DNA of 32,000 nucleotides from Xanthomonas campestris pv. campestris str. ATCC 33913 (GTDB lineage Bacteria; Pseudomonadota; Gammaproteobacteria; Xanthomonadales; Xanthomonadaceae): NCBI RefSeq assembly GCF_000007145.1, contig NC_003902.1, positions 4,256,497 to 4,288,496 of the forward strand, read 5' to 3'. Shown piece by piece: positions 23,455 to 32,000 of this stretch (position 1 is its first letter; each line of letters starts with the position of its first letter). The notes under the pieces were generated by a model. It saw only the letters and a program-made list of their open reading frames with translations, ran no database searches and was not told where the DNA came from. The position numbers and the translations under genes were made by a program.

Positions 23455-23598
23455 AAATGCTATGAGCGATGGGATCGCCGCAGATGCTGGCAATGCCCCG
23501 ATCACACCAATCGCGACGCGCGCCGCTGCGCGTGACAATCACGCGTGGCTTGGCACACTGCGCTGTGCCGCCTGCGCGGTCTTCAGGAGCTTGCCGTC

Positions 23599-26046
23599 AT
23601 GACGATGCCTGTCCGCGCCCGTTGGCGTGCCGTGCCCCGCGCCGTGCGTTGGCCGGTGCTTGCGGTGGTGGCGCTGTACGCCGCGTACCTGCTGCTCGGC
23701 AATCTGTTCCTCAACACGCCGCTGGGCACTGCCGCACTCAATCGCACGCCGGACCGCTTCGCCATGCAGTGGCGCGCGGGGCTGACCTGGTGGCCCGGAC
23801 GCCTGACCTTGTGGGACGTCAACTTGCACGGCCGCACGACGCGCAGCCGTTGGGAGGCGAGCGCGGACCGCCTGCATGGCCAGGTGCGCTTGCTGCCGCT
23901 GTTGCATCGCCAACTACTGGTGCCGGAGCTGCATGCACAGGGTGTACGCGGCGGCTTGCATGCGTCCGATCTGCCTGGCGCCGTTGTGGTATCTCCCGCG
24001 CCCGCCTCTTCATCGGCAACCGCAACTGCATCTAGCGCCACAGCGACAGCGACAACTACGAACGGCGTATCTGCGCCGCGCACTTCGCAAGCCGATGGGA
24101 TGCCAGTCGATCCTGCTGCAACCAATGCAGCGAACGCATCCAACGCCGCGGCGGGCGAAGCACCCCCCGTTGCCACTGCAGCCACCGCGCCCAACGCAGC
24201 CGCCACGGCAACCACGCAGCCGGCAGCACGCTCCACCCGCAGTCAAACCCACTCCCCCGCGTGGACGTTGCAGTTCGATCGCATCGTCGCCGAGCAGGTG
24301 CAGGCGCTGACACTTCGCCAGTTACAAATCGCCGGTGACGGGCAGCTGCAATTTGGTCTGTTCAAGCAACTGCGCGGCGGACCGATCGAAGTGTTTCCAT
24401 CGCGCGCGGTGTTCGAGCACGCCACGCTGCACTGGGCGGGCACCGAACTGCTGCGCAACGGCCAGCTACGGATGGAAGCCAGCATTGCGCGGCATACCGC
24501 GGCGCAGGCGCGTGGGTTGGCGGTGTTGCAACTCACCGATGCGCTGATCGGTGTGCGTGGCGATACCGCCGCGCTGGAAGTGACACGCGATGCGCAAGGA
24601 AAAACCAGGCTCAAGACGCGGGCCGGGCAAGGCCGTGCCGATGGTGAGCTGCGCTGGGCGCGCGGTGAATTGCAGCCGGGGAGCCACCTGCAATGGCGGA
24701 CGCCGTTGCATGACGGCACCCGCACACCAAACGCATTGCTGGGCGAGTTGGCCGCGCAGTTGCAGGTGGATCAGGACATGCGTCTGCGCGTCAGCATGCC
24801 CGAGCCGGCCGATGCCGGCCTGACGTTGGATGCGGACCTGCGCGTGCAGGGCCGGCGGTTGCCACTGCAGGCGCCGCGCAACCTGTTGCCGCGGACGTCC
24901 GGGCACGCGCGCATGCATTGGCAGCTGGCCTCGCTGAGCTGGATTCCGGCGTTGTTTCCCGGCGTGGACTGGCTGACGCTGGAAGGCGACGGCCTGGTGG
25001 ATGCAGACCTGCGCATCGTGCGCGGGCAGCTGGCCGCCGGCAGCCGATTGCAGGTGCCGCGCGTCACTGCGCGCGTGGGCGTGATGGAACACGCCATCGA
25101 AGGCCAGGCCAGCGCTGACCTGCGCGTGGAGGCCGATGCCGCCGGCCATCTGCTGCCATCGCTGGCACTGCGCATGCAGCAGTTTTCAATCGCCCACCGC
25201 CCGGCGCTTGCGCGCCCGTTCGTGCAAGGGCGCGATCTGCGCCTGGACCTGCAGACCCGCGCCGACGCACGCACCCTGGCCAGCTTGCGCGACACCACCC
25301 GCGCGCATCTGGTATTCACCAATGCGCGGGTGCCAGACCTGCGTGCCTATAACCGCTACCTGCCGCAACAGCAGCTGCGGTTCGATGGGGGCAGCGGTGC
25401 GCTCAGTGGCGATCTGCAGATCGAGCCGGGCGGACGTATCGGCAAGGGCGGTTTACGCATCGCCGCACGGGCGGCACGCCTGCAGTTCGCCGGGCTCGCG
25501 TTGCGCGGCGATGTGGATGCAAACCTGCAACTGCAACGCGGCGATCTGCGTGCAGAAAATTTCCGCCTTGATGCCAGCCAGATCAACCTGCGCAATGTCG
25601 GTTTCACCGGGCCCGATGGACAGCGGCGCGATGGCTGGTGGGCGCGCATCGTGCTGGATGACACGCACATGCACTGGCATGCGCCAGTAGGTGTGGACGG
25701 ACGCGTGCGCATCGACGTGCGTGACCTGGCGTTCTTGATGGCCATCTATGCACGCGATCGGTCGTTGCCCAACTGGATGGTGCGGCTGGTGGATGCTGGC
25801 CAGGCGCAGCTCACCGCGCGCGTGCATTGGCAAGGCGATGAAGTGATCGTGGATCGCTTGCAGGCGCACAACGCGCGTTATCAGGTGGATGCACGTTTGC
25901 GTCTGCGTGGCACGCAGCGCAGCGGCAGCCTGTTGGCGCGCTGGGGTGTATTGAGTGCGGCGGTGGGCTTGCGCAACGACACGCCCGAATGGCATCTGCT
26001 ACGCGCTGCCGAGTGGTACCGCGCGCAGTCGGATCTGTTGCGCTGA
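23599..26046 (+). CDS. AsmA-family-like membrane-anchored protein, paralogue 2, with an expanded Ala/Thr/Ser/Asn/Pro linker
   Basis: The ATG at 23599 has AGGAG 9 nt upstream. Colinear with paralogue 1 (LLLGNLFLNTPLG, VRLLPLLHRQLLVPELHAQG, WTLQFDRI, ARVPDL.YNRYL, WGVL). A low-complexity insert of about 95 aa spans 23965..24258. Confidence 0.5.
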   Translation: MTMPVRARWRAVPRAVRWPVLAVVALYAAYLLLGNLFLNTPLGTAALNRTPDRFAMQWRAGLTWWPGRLTLWDVNLHGRTTRSRWEASADRLHGQVRLLPLLHRQLLVPELHAQGVRGGLHASDLPGAVVVSPAPASSSATATASSATATATTTNGVSAPRTSQADGMPVDPAATNAANASNAAAGEAPPVATAATAPNAAATATTQPAARSTRSQTHSPAWTLQFDRIVAEQVQALTLRQLQIAGDGQLQFGLFKQLRGGPIEVFPSRAVFEHATLHWAGTELLRNGQLRMEASIARHTAAQARGLAVLQLTDALIGVRGDTAALEVTRDAQGKTRLKTRAGQGRADGELRWARGELQPGSHLQWRTPLHDGTRTPNALLGELAAQLQVDQDMRLRVSMPEPADAGLTLDADLRVQGRRLPLQAPRNLLPRTSGHARMHWQLASLSWIPALFPGVDWLTLEGDGLVDADLRIVRGQLAAGSRLQVPRVTARVGVMEHAIEGQASADLRVEADAAGHLLPSLALRMQQFSIAHRPALARPFVQGRDLRLDLQTRADARTLASLRDTTRAHLVFTNARVPDLRAYNRYLPQQQLRFDGGSGALSGDLQIEPGGRIGKGGLRIAARAARLQFAGLALRGDVDANLQLQRGDLRAENFRLDASQINLRNVGFTGPDGQRRDGWWARIVLDDTHMHWHAPVGVDGRVRIDVRDLAFLMAIYARDRSLPNWMVRLVDAGQAQLTARVHWQGDEVIVDRLQAHNARYQVDARLRLRGTQRSGSLLARWGVLSAAVGLRNDTPEWHLLRAAEWYRAQSDLLR

Positions 26047-26182
26047 GGCCCGCACGTGGCGAATCCGAGGTGAAGGAAACACTCTAGTTCTGTACTGCCG
26101 GGTATTGTTTTGCAGTGCAGCGTGCAAGTCGCCGAACAGGCGCGCACTATGATCCTGCATCCCGACGTGGGGGAGGGAGCAA

Positions 26183-26217
26183 AGCCCGCTGGCAGTTCGC
26201 TGCAAGCGGGCTTTTTT
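26183..26217 (+). terminator. intrinsic terminator between convergent genes
   Basis: AGCCCGCT, a 14-nt loop, AGCGGGCT, then T6. Preceded by AAA, so it is partly bidirectional. Confidence 0.6.
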
Positions 26218-26256
26218 ATTGCCTGAACAGTCTACGCCGCGCGTCTGCGCACGTGC

Positions 26257-27177
26257 TCAGGGCAGCGGCAGCATCCACAGACACGGCCCGCCGGTGATGA
26301 ACAGCCGCTGCTGTGCTTGGTCGAAGGTGCAGTTGGAGGCGGTGCCCGGGGTGGGGATGTGCCCAAGCAGCTGCCCGTCGCTGTCGAATACGCACACGCC
26401 GGTGCCGGAGCTGCTCCACAGCCAGCCGCCGCGATCCACACAGAAGCCATCCGGCAGCCCGTCCGGGACGCTGGCGAAGTGGCGGCGGTCGTGCAGCGCG
26501 CCATCGCGCCAGGCAAACGCGGTGATTTCCACGCTGCCGTGTCCCTGCTCCGGCGTCTGCGAGACGTACAAGGTCTGCTCGTCGGGCGAGAACGCCAGCC
26601 CGTTGGGGTGGTCCAGGTCGGCCATGCGCTGCAGCGGGCTGCCGTCCGGCGGCAGCCGGTACACGCTGTGGTGGGCGAGCTCCGGATCGGCCGGGCAGCC
26701 CTGGCTGGGCTTGCGCAGGCCGAACGGCGGGTCGGTGAACCAGATCGCGCCATCGCGCGCCACGATCAGGTCATTGGGCGAGTTGAGCCGCTTGCCGGCA
26801 TAACGGCCCACCAGCAGGTGGGCCTGGCCATCGGCATCGCTGCGGGTGATGGCGCGCCGGCCGTGTTCGCAGTGCACCAGGCGCTGCTGCGCATCCACCG
26901 CGTTGCCATTGGTGAAGGCGGTGGCATCCAGCAGCACATCTACGGTGCCGTCTTCCCGCCACCCCAGCACGCGGCGGCCAACCAGGTCGCTCCACACCAG
27001 CGTGCGCTGGGCCTCCCACCAAGCCGGGCCTTCGCTCCAGGTGGCCTGGTCGTAGAGGGTGAGCAGGCGCGCATCGCCCAACCGTGCGGCCAGCGCGGCG
27101 TGCGTGGTGCGGGGCGGGTCGCAGTCGGCGGGAACGGCCGGGCCGGCCGGGCGGACGCGGCAATGGCTGTCCATCAT
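26257..27177 (-). CDS. SMP-30/gluconolactonase/LRE-family beta-propeller hydrolase
   Basis: 306 aa. Contains SEGPAWW, TNGNAVD, LNSPNDLIVARDGAIWFTDP, PNGLAFSPDE and PDGFCVD. Confidence 0.85.
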   Translation of the reverse strand: MMDSHCRVRPAGPAVPADCDPPRTTHAALAARLGDARLLTLYDQATWSEGPAWWEAQRTLVWSDLVGRRVLGWREDGTVDVLLDATAFTNGNAVDAQQRLVHCEHGRRAITRSDADGQAHLLVGRYAGKRLNSPNDLIVARDGAIWFTDPPFGLRKPSQGCPADPELAHHSVYRLPPDGSPLQRMADLDHPNGLAFSPDEQTLYVSQTPEQGHGSVEITAFAWRDGALHDRRHFASVPDGLPDGFCVDRGGWLWSSSGTGVCVFDSDGQLLGHIPTPGTASNCTFDQAQQRLFITGGPCLWMLPLP

Positions 27178-27692
27178 GGCGCCGCTGTTTCATCGAACGG
27201 ATGCGCTGCCGCCACGCCGGGGGAGTGCGCAAACTGCACCATCATCTGCAGGCAGGGCGTGTCGCCCAGTTGGCCGGAGCGGTGGCCGCGTGCGTCGGTG
27301 GTGCCTTGGTCCTGGCCGAAGTGGATATCGCCGGGGCCCATCTCCACGCGCGTGCCGTCGCCGGTTTCGATGAACCAGCGCCCGCGCAGCGCGATCACCC
27401 ACTGCGGGTGCGGGCTTTCGTGCCAGTCGCCGACCCAGCCCACCGGCAGCACCGCAAACTGCACGCCCACCACCTCGCCGGGAAACGGCCGCAGCCACTG
27501 CGGCGCCGCGCCACCGCCCACGCTTTTGCTCTGGAAGCCGGCCAACTGCGAGGCATTGAGCCGGCTCAGCCCGTCCGGGCCGGTCCACAGGTGCAGGAAC
27601 GGCAGGTTAGGCGGCAGGGACTGATCGGTACCGTCGTTATGCAGCGCGACCTGCGAGGGCAGGGCCACGGCGGGCAACAGGGTGGGCGACAT
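27174..27692 (-). CDS. cupin-domain protein
   Basis: 172 aa. GDWHESPHPQWVIALRGRWFIETGDGTRVEMGPGDIHF fits the two-motif cupin barrel. It overlaps the downstream gene start by 4 bp (ATGA), which suggests an operon. Confidence 0.55.
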   Translation of the reverse strand: MSPTLLPAVALPSQVALHNDGTDQSLPPNLPFLHLWTGPDGLSRLNASQLAGFQSKSVGGGAAPQWLRPFPGEVVGVQFAVLPVGWVGDWHESPHPQWVIALRGRWFIETGDGTRVEMGPGDIHFGQDQGTTDARGHRSGQLGDTPCLQMMVQFAHSPGVAAAHPFDETAAP

Positions 27693-28098
27693 GCGGTGAC
27701 CTCGTGCGAAAACCGCAGTGCAGCATGGCGTTTGTCAGGGCGTTGTCTGCGAGGCGTAAAAGGTCGAACCGGTGCACAGGGCGACTGTGGACGGGTGCAT
27801 GCGCGTTGCTGGCAGGTGCGCGTGGCCTTGCTGACGATGGCGATGACATCAGCACGGCATGCCTTGGCGCGCAGTTCGGGCAGGCGCGTCGGTCGCGAGC
27901 GCAGCTTCAGCTGCACTGTCTGGCGCGTGAGCGCGAGAGGCACGTCCTGCGATTGCCGCCGTGTATCGCTGTCCATCCACAGACGACTGGCATTCCAGGA
28001 ATTCCGCCAGTGGCAACTGAGCTCCGTTGCCGCCAAGCAGCGCTGCCCGCCGGAACAGCGCAGACCCGGTCGCGTCTGCAACACGGCGCCGCATCCGT

Positions 28099-28117
28099 TA
28101 GAATGAGATCCATTCTC
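28099..28117. promoter_or_regulatory. Fur-box-like site overlapping a TAGAAT -10-like hexamer upstream of fecI
   Basis: TAGAATGAGATCCATTCTC matches GATAATGATAATCATTATC at 13 of 19 positions. It contains the perfect inverted repeat AATGAGA-N5-TCTCATT (28102..28120). It lies 50-70 nt upstream of the GTG start. Confidence 0.4.
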
Positions 28118-28167
28118 ATTTAATCCCGGGCGCACCCCTGCCCGGGTCCGGCGTCCAGGAGGTCATC

Positions 28168-28677
28168 GTGTCGGCCACGCAAGTCGCGCTTCAGCAGCAG
28201 GTGGAGCGCCTGTACACCGACCACCACGGCTGGCTACAGGGCTGGTTGCGGCGCAAGCTGGGCGACGGGTGCGTGGCGGCCGACCTGGCCCAGGACACCT
28301 TCATCAGCGTGATCGATGCCGGCGCGGCCGACCAGATCCGCGAGCCGCGGCCGTTCCTGGCCACCATCGCGCGGCGGCTGATGGCGCACCGCCAGCGGCG
28401 CAAGCTGCTGGAGGCCAGCTACCTGGAGATGCTGGCCACGTTGCCGGAAGAGCTGGCGCCTTCGCCGGAGCTGCACCTGCTGGCGCTGGAGGCGGTGCAG
28501 CAGCTGGACCAGGCGCTGGACGGCCTGCCGCCGAAAGTGAAGGAGGCCTTCCTGCTGGCGCACCTGCACGAGCTCAGCTACGCGCAGATCGCGCAGCGCC
28601 TGGGGGTGTCCAGCAGCTCGGTCAAGCAATACCTCACGCGCGCCAACCGGCAGTGCCTGTTCGCTGTGTCGGCCTGA
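28168..28677 (+). CDS. fecI: ECF sigma-70 factor, FecI-type
   Basis: 169 aa. GTG start with AGGAGG 5 nt upstream. Sigma region 2 (DLAQDTFISV) and region 4 (LSYAQIAQRLGVSSSSVKQYLTRA). Confidence 0.85.
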   Translation: MSATQVALQQQVERLYTDHHGWLQGWLRRKLGDGCVAADLAQDTFISVIDAGAADQIREPRPFLATIARRLMAHRQRRKLLEASYLEMLATLPEELAPSPELHLLALEAVQQLDQALDGLPPKVKEAFLLAHLHELSYAQIAQRLGVSSSSVKQYLTRANRQCLFAVSA

Positions 28678-29715
28678 GTGGTGGCACCGATGTCTGCGAG
28701 CAACGCCAGCACGCCGCGCACGCCCCTGGCCGGCGGGCAGCCGATCAGCGCAGAGGTGGCCGACCAGGCCGCCGAGTGGCTGACGGTGCTGATGTCCGGC
28801 ACCGCCAGCGCGGCGCAATTACGTGACTGGGAACACTGGCGCGCCGCGCATCCGGACCACGCGCGGGCCTGGGCGCATCTGGAGGCGGTGACCGGGCGAC
28901 TGAAGACGTTGGCACCGCAGGCGGCCTACCGCAGCCTGTCGCCGTATGCCGATGGCAAGCGCCCCGCCTCGCCAGGCCGACGCAAGGCGCTCAACCTGGT
29001 GCTGTGGGGCGGGGTGGCCGGCGCCGCCGGGCTGCTGGCCACCCGCACCCAGCGCTGGCAGCAGGCAACGGCCGACTACGCCACCGCCACCGGGCAGCGC
29101 CGGATGCTGCAACTGGGCGACGGCACCCGCCTGACCCTCAACACGCGCAGCGCGGTGGATGTGCGCTTCGATACGCACCAGCGCCTGCTGGATCTGGTGG
29201 CCGGCGAGATCATGGTGGTGACCGCGCACGCGCTGGGCGCCGCGCAGGACCCGCGCCCACTGCTGGTGCGCACCGTGCACGGCGATGTCCGCGCGCTGGG
29301 CACGCGCTTTTGTGTACGCCAGGACCAGGCGCAGAGCCGGGTCACGGTGCTGGAGAGCGCGGTGGAGATTCGTCCGCGTGATGCCACTCACGCCGCGCGC
29401 CGCGTGCAGGCCGGCCAGCAATGCGTGTTCAATGCCGCGTTCCTGCAGGCGCCCGGGCCGGCCGATGCGCAGGCCACCGCCTGGGAGCGTGGCCAGTTGA
29501 TTGCCGACGAGTTGCGGCTGGATGCGTTCGTGGCCGAGCTGGAGCGCTATCGCCCCGGGCTGCTGCGCTGCGACCCGGCGGTGGCCGGCTTGCGCGTCTC
29601 CGGGGTGTTTCCGCTGGACGATACCGACCGCATCCTGGCCATGCTGCCCAGCGTGCTGCCAGTGCGGGTACGCCAGCGCAGCCGCTACTGGGTGAGCATC
29701 CAGGCGGCCGGTTAG
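28678..29715 (+). CDS. fecR: FecR-type transmembrane anti-sigma/sensor protein
   Basis: The GTG abuts the fecI stop; an alternative ATG lies at 28690. N-terminal anti-sigma region (QAAEWLTVLMSG..LRDWEHWRAAHPDHARAW), a TM segment (LVLWGGVAGAAGLLA) and a FecR periplasmic domain. Confidence 0.8.
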   Translation: MVAPMSASNASTPRTPLAGGQPISAEVADQAAEWLTVLMSGTASAAQLRDWEHWRAAHPDHARAWAHLEAVTGRLKTLAPQAAYRSLSPYADGKRPASPGRRKALNLVLWGGVAGAAGLLATRTQRWQQATADYATATGQRRMLQLGDGTRLTLNTRSAVDVRFDTHQRLLDLVAGEIMVVTAHALGAAQDPRPLLVRTVHGDVRALGTRFCVRQDQAQSRVTVLESAVEIRPRDATHAARRVQAGQQCVFNAAFLQAPGPADAQATAWERGQLIADELRLDAFVAELERYRPGLLRCDPAVAGLRVSGVFPLDDTDRILAMLPSVLPVRVRQRSRYWVSIQAAG

Positions 29716-29770
29716 GCGCAGCGATCAACGACTGCGTAGCTGCGAGGCGGGTGCGGCCGTTACTCGAAAT

Positions 29771-29847
29771 CCTATGGTCCTACGGACACTCCAGTTCCTC
29801 CGCGCCGTCCGCATCTGCTGACGATTGCTCGCTACGTTTTTCGCGTA
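29771..29847. repeat. dispersed intergenic repeat, copy B
   Basis: See copy A at 16455..16530. Confidence 0.5.
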
Positions 29848-30248
29848 TCCAAGCGCGGCGATCGCGCTGCGGCGCTTTGCAGATCGTGCCGTACGCGGCG
29901 CAGCGCTGAATAAAACTGGGCGGGCACGTCCGATGGGCGAGGTGCGCATCGCCGGGCTGGTCAGGCCGCCGGTGCGGCTGCCAGACACGCAACGCCGTGG
30001 TGTCGGCGAGTCGGTATGCGCCCGAAGTTCCGAACGCGCTCTCTGCGGGTGCTCGCGCAAGACACCTCTGTCCGACGACCGCGCGCTGCGGTCATCAGCC
30101 AGTCCGGCCCGGGTCTGCGGACGCCCGGCAGACACCGACGCCGCGAGACCTGAAAAAAATTGCGAGATGGGCTGCCCGATCGGCGCGCTCGTGGCACCTC
30201 CTTGATGACGGTGTCAGTGCGACGCCACCTCAGATTGCGGGAACCCCC

Positions 30249-32000
30249 ATGTCCATCTCCGACCGCCGCCGCGGCCACCACGCTGTTTCGCTGCACCTCT
30301 CATTGCCGCGCGCCGCACTGCCCAGGCCCATCGCCACCGCGATTGCGCTGGCCCTGTGCGGCCTGACGGTGCTCGCCACCAGTCCCGCTGCCGCCGCGCA
30401 GGATGCCCAAACCGCGTCCGCGGCCCGGCAGCGCTACAGCATCCCGGCCGGGCCACTGGCACCGGCCCTGCGCAGTCTGGCCGGCTCGGCCAACCTGCTG
30501 CTGAGCTTCACCGCTGCGCAGACCGATGGACGCACCACCGCCGGGCTGGACGGCGACTACACCGCTGCCGGCGCGCTGACTGCGGTGCTGGCCGGCAGTG
30601 GGTTGCAGGCCGTGCCACTGCAGACCGGCGGCTACGTATTGCGCCCGGCGCCCGCGGCGGTGACCAGCCAGGGCGAAGTGGATGCCTGGCTGCTGCCGAC
30701 GGTGAAAGTCACCGCACAGGCCGAACGCCGCGCCGCCACCAGCGGCACCGGCAGCTATACCGCGCGCGCGGTCAGCATCGGCCGTGGCGAGCAGCGCCTG
30801 AAGGACATCCCGCAGTCGATCAGCGTGGTGACCCGCCAACTGATGGACGAGCAGAACATCACCTCGGTCTACGACGCGCTGGCCAGCACCACCGGCATCA
30901 CCATCGTGCAGAGCCCGCAGGGTGGCAAATACATCTATGCGCGCGGTTTCGACATCACCACCGTGCAGTACGACGGCGTGCCGCTCAATCGCGGCATGTA
31001 TGGCCGCGCCAGCAACTACAGCGCCAACATGGGCATCTACGACCGTGCCGAAGTGCTGCGCGGCGCCGCCGGCCTGCTGCAGGGTGCCGGCAACCCCAGC
31101 GGTGCGGTGAACCTGGTGCGCAAGCGCCCGCTGGATGTGCCCGGCGTGAGCGTGATGCTGCAGGCCGGCTCCTGGGACCGCTATGGCGCCTTGCTGGATG
31201 CCAGCGCCAACCTCACCGACGATGGTGCCTTGCGCGCGCGTGGCGTGATCGACTACCAGGACCAGCGCTCGTTCGTCGATGGTGTGGAGCGGCGCACGCC
31301 CACCTATTACGGCACGCTGGATTACAGCGTCTCGCCGCAGACCCAGGTCAGCCTGGCCGCCAGCTACGAAGAATTCGAAGGCCGGCCATTTTTTGGCGGC
31401 CTGCCGAGTTACACCGACGGCCGCGATATCGGCCTGCCGCGCAGCACCAACCTGGGCGCGCAGTGGAACCGGCAATCCTCGTCCAACCGCGGCCTGTACC
31501 TGGACCTGGACCATCGCTTCAACGCCGATTGGGTGTTCAAGCTCAGCGCGGTGCAGGTGCATGAGCGGCACAACCTCAAGTACGCCAGCTCCAGCCGCGC
31601 GATCAACCCGGCCAACGGCACCGGCGCCCTGCTGGCAGCACGCACGATTTCCGAAGCGGACGTGGCCGGCGTGGATGCCAATGTGATCGGGCATTTCAAC
31701 GCGCTCGGGCGGCGCCACGAGTTGGTGTTAGGTAGCAACTACGCCGAAACCACAGTGGATACGGTCTACGGCAACAAGAACAACTTTCAGACCTTCAACG
31801 TGTTCTCGCTGCAACGCAACGTGCGTGCAATCAGCGATGAAGAAATCTTTGCCAGTGCGCGCGAGGCGCGTCACGGCACCTCGCGCGAGCTGGGTCTGTA
31901 CAGCGCGTTGCGCTGGCAACTGACCGACCCGCTGAAGGCGATCGTGGGTGCACGCGTGAGCTGGCACGACACCAAATGGAACACCACCACCACCGGGCTG
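30249..32000 (+). CDS. TonB-dependent outer-membrane receptor/transducer with an N-terminal signalling (STN) domain, 3'-partial
   Basis: The frame is open from the ATG at 30249 to the window end, so it is absent from the track because it has no stop. Signal peptide ..LTVLATSPAAAAQDA. STN-like segment YSIPAGPLAPALRSLAGSANLLLSF..GLQAV. Plug motifs IPQSISVVT, ARGF and AEVLRGAAGLLQGAGNPSGAVNLVRKRP. Confidence 0.85.
   Translation, partial: MSISDRRRGHHAVSLHLSLPRAALPRPIATAIALALCGLTVLATSPAAAAQDAQTASAARQRYSIPAGPLAPALRSLAGSANLLLSFTAAQTDGRTTAGLDGDYTAAGALTAVLAGSGLQAVPLQTGGYVLRPAPAAVTSQGEVDAWLLPTVKVTAQAERRAATSGTGSYTARAVSIGRGEQRLKDIPQSISVVTRQLMDEQNITSVYDALASTTGITIVQSPQGGKYIYARGFDITTVQYDGVPLNRGMYGRASNYSANMGIYDRAEVLRGAAGLLQGAGNPSGAVNLVRKRPLDVPGVSVMLQAGSWDRYGALLDASANLTDDGALRARGVIDYQDQRSFVDGVERRTPTYYGTLDYSVSPQTQVSLAASYEEFEGRPFFGGLPSYTDGRDIGLPRSTNLGAQWNRQSSSNRGLYLDLDHRFNADWVFKLSAVQVHERHNLKYASSSRAINPANGTGALLAARTISEADVAGVDANVIGHFNALGRRHELVLGSNYAETTVDTVYGNKNNFQTFNVFSLQRNVRAISDEEIFASAREARHGTSRELGLYSALRWQLTDPLKAIVGARVSWHDTKWNTTTTGL

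Noticed and set aside
26047-26182. Possible small RNA between the stop of paralogue 2 and the terminator at 26183.
   Set aside because: No promoter or conserved structure is discernible. The terminator is adequately explained as belonging to the convergent protein-coding genes.
27693-28098. Long (about 475 bp) divergent spacer between the cupin gene and fecI, with several 70-190-aa ORFs on both strands.
   Set aside because: No frame shows family motifs or an RBS. It may be a decayed gene, but that cannot be supported from sequence alone.

Overview
High-GC, Xanthomonas-type chromosomal window in two parts; the taxon is inferred from composition, IS types, REP-like palindromes and the PIP-box logic. 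Part 1 (1 to about 16.45 kb) is an IS-riddled accessory region. It holds seven IS copies or fragments from the IS3, IS4 and IS5 families; one is nested inside another and one is truncated. Between them sits AT-richer cargo: (a) a HopX/XopE-like Cys-His-Asp gene behind a perfect PIP box, a candidate type III effector; (b) an SRA-like plus Mrr/MspJI-like modification-dependent restriction endonuclease; (c) a SymE-like toxin gene coupled to a small ORF; (d) a phage gpV remnant; (e) a secreted protein with an eqolisin (G1 peptidase)-like motif layout. A 9-bp IS4 target duplication is split between two inverted IS4 copies, which indicates that 3068-8671 was inverted. Undoing the inversion places the restriction gene directly upstream of the SymE pair. 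Part 2 is core genome. It contains aroG (DAHP synthase) preceded by a leader peptide with the run FYFWYYGF plus an intrinsic terminator, i.e. a candidate attenuator. It also contains a 351-bp GCA/ACA/ATA triplet array inside a 1.35-kb non-coding gap, an acetyl-CoA hydrolase/transferase gene, two tandem AsmA-like paralogues, a cupin-gluconolactonase operon, and FecI-FecR plus a partial TonB-dependent transducer with a Fur-box-like site. I saw no rRNA, tRNA or CRISPR array. Many long ORFs in the track are antisense shadow ORFs typical of high-GC DNA and are not called.
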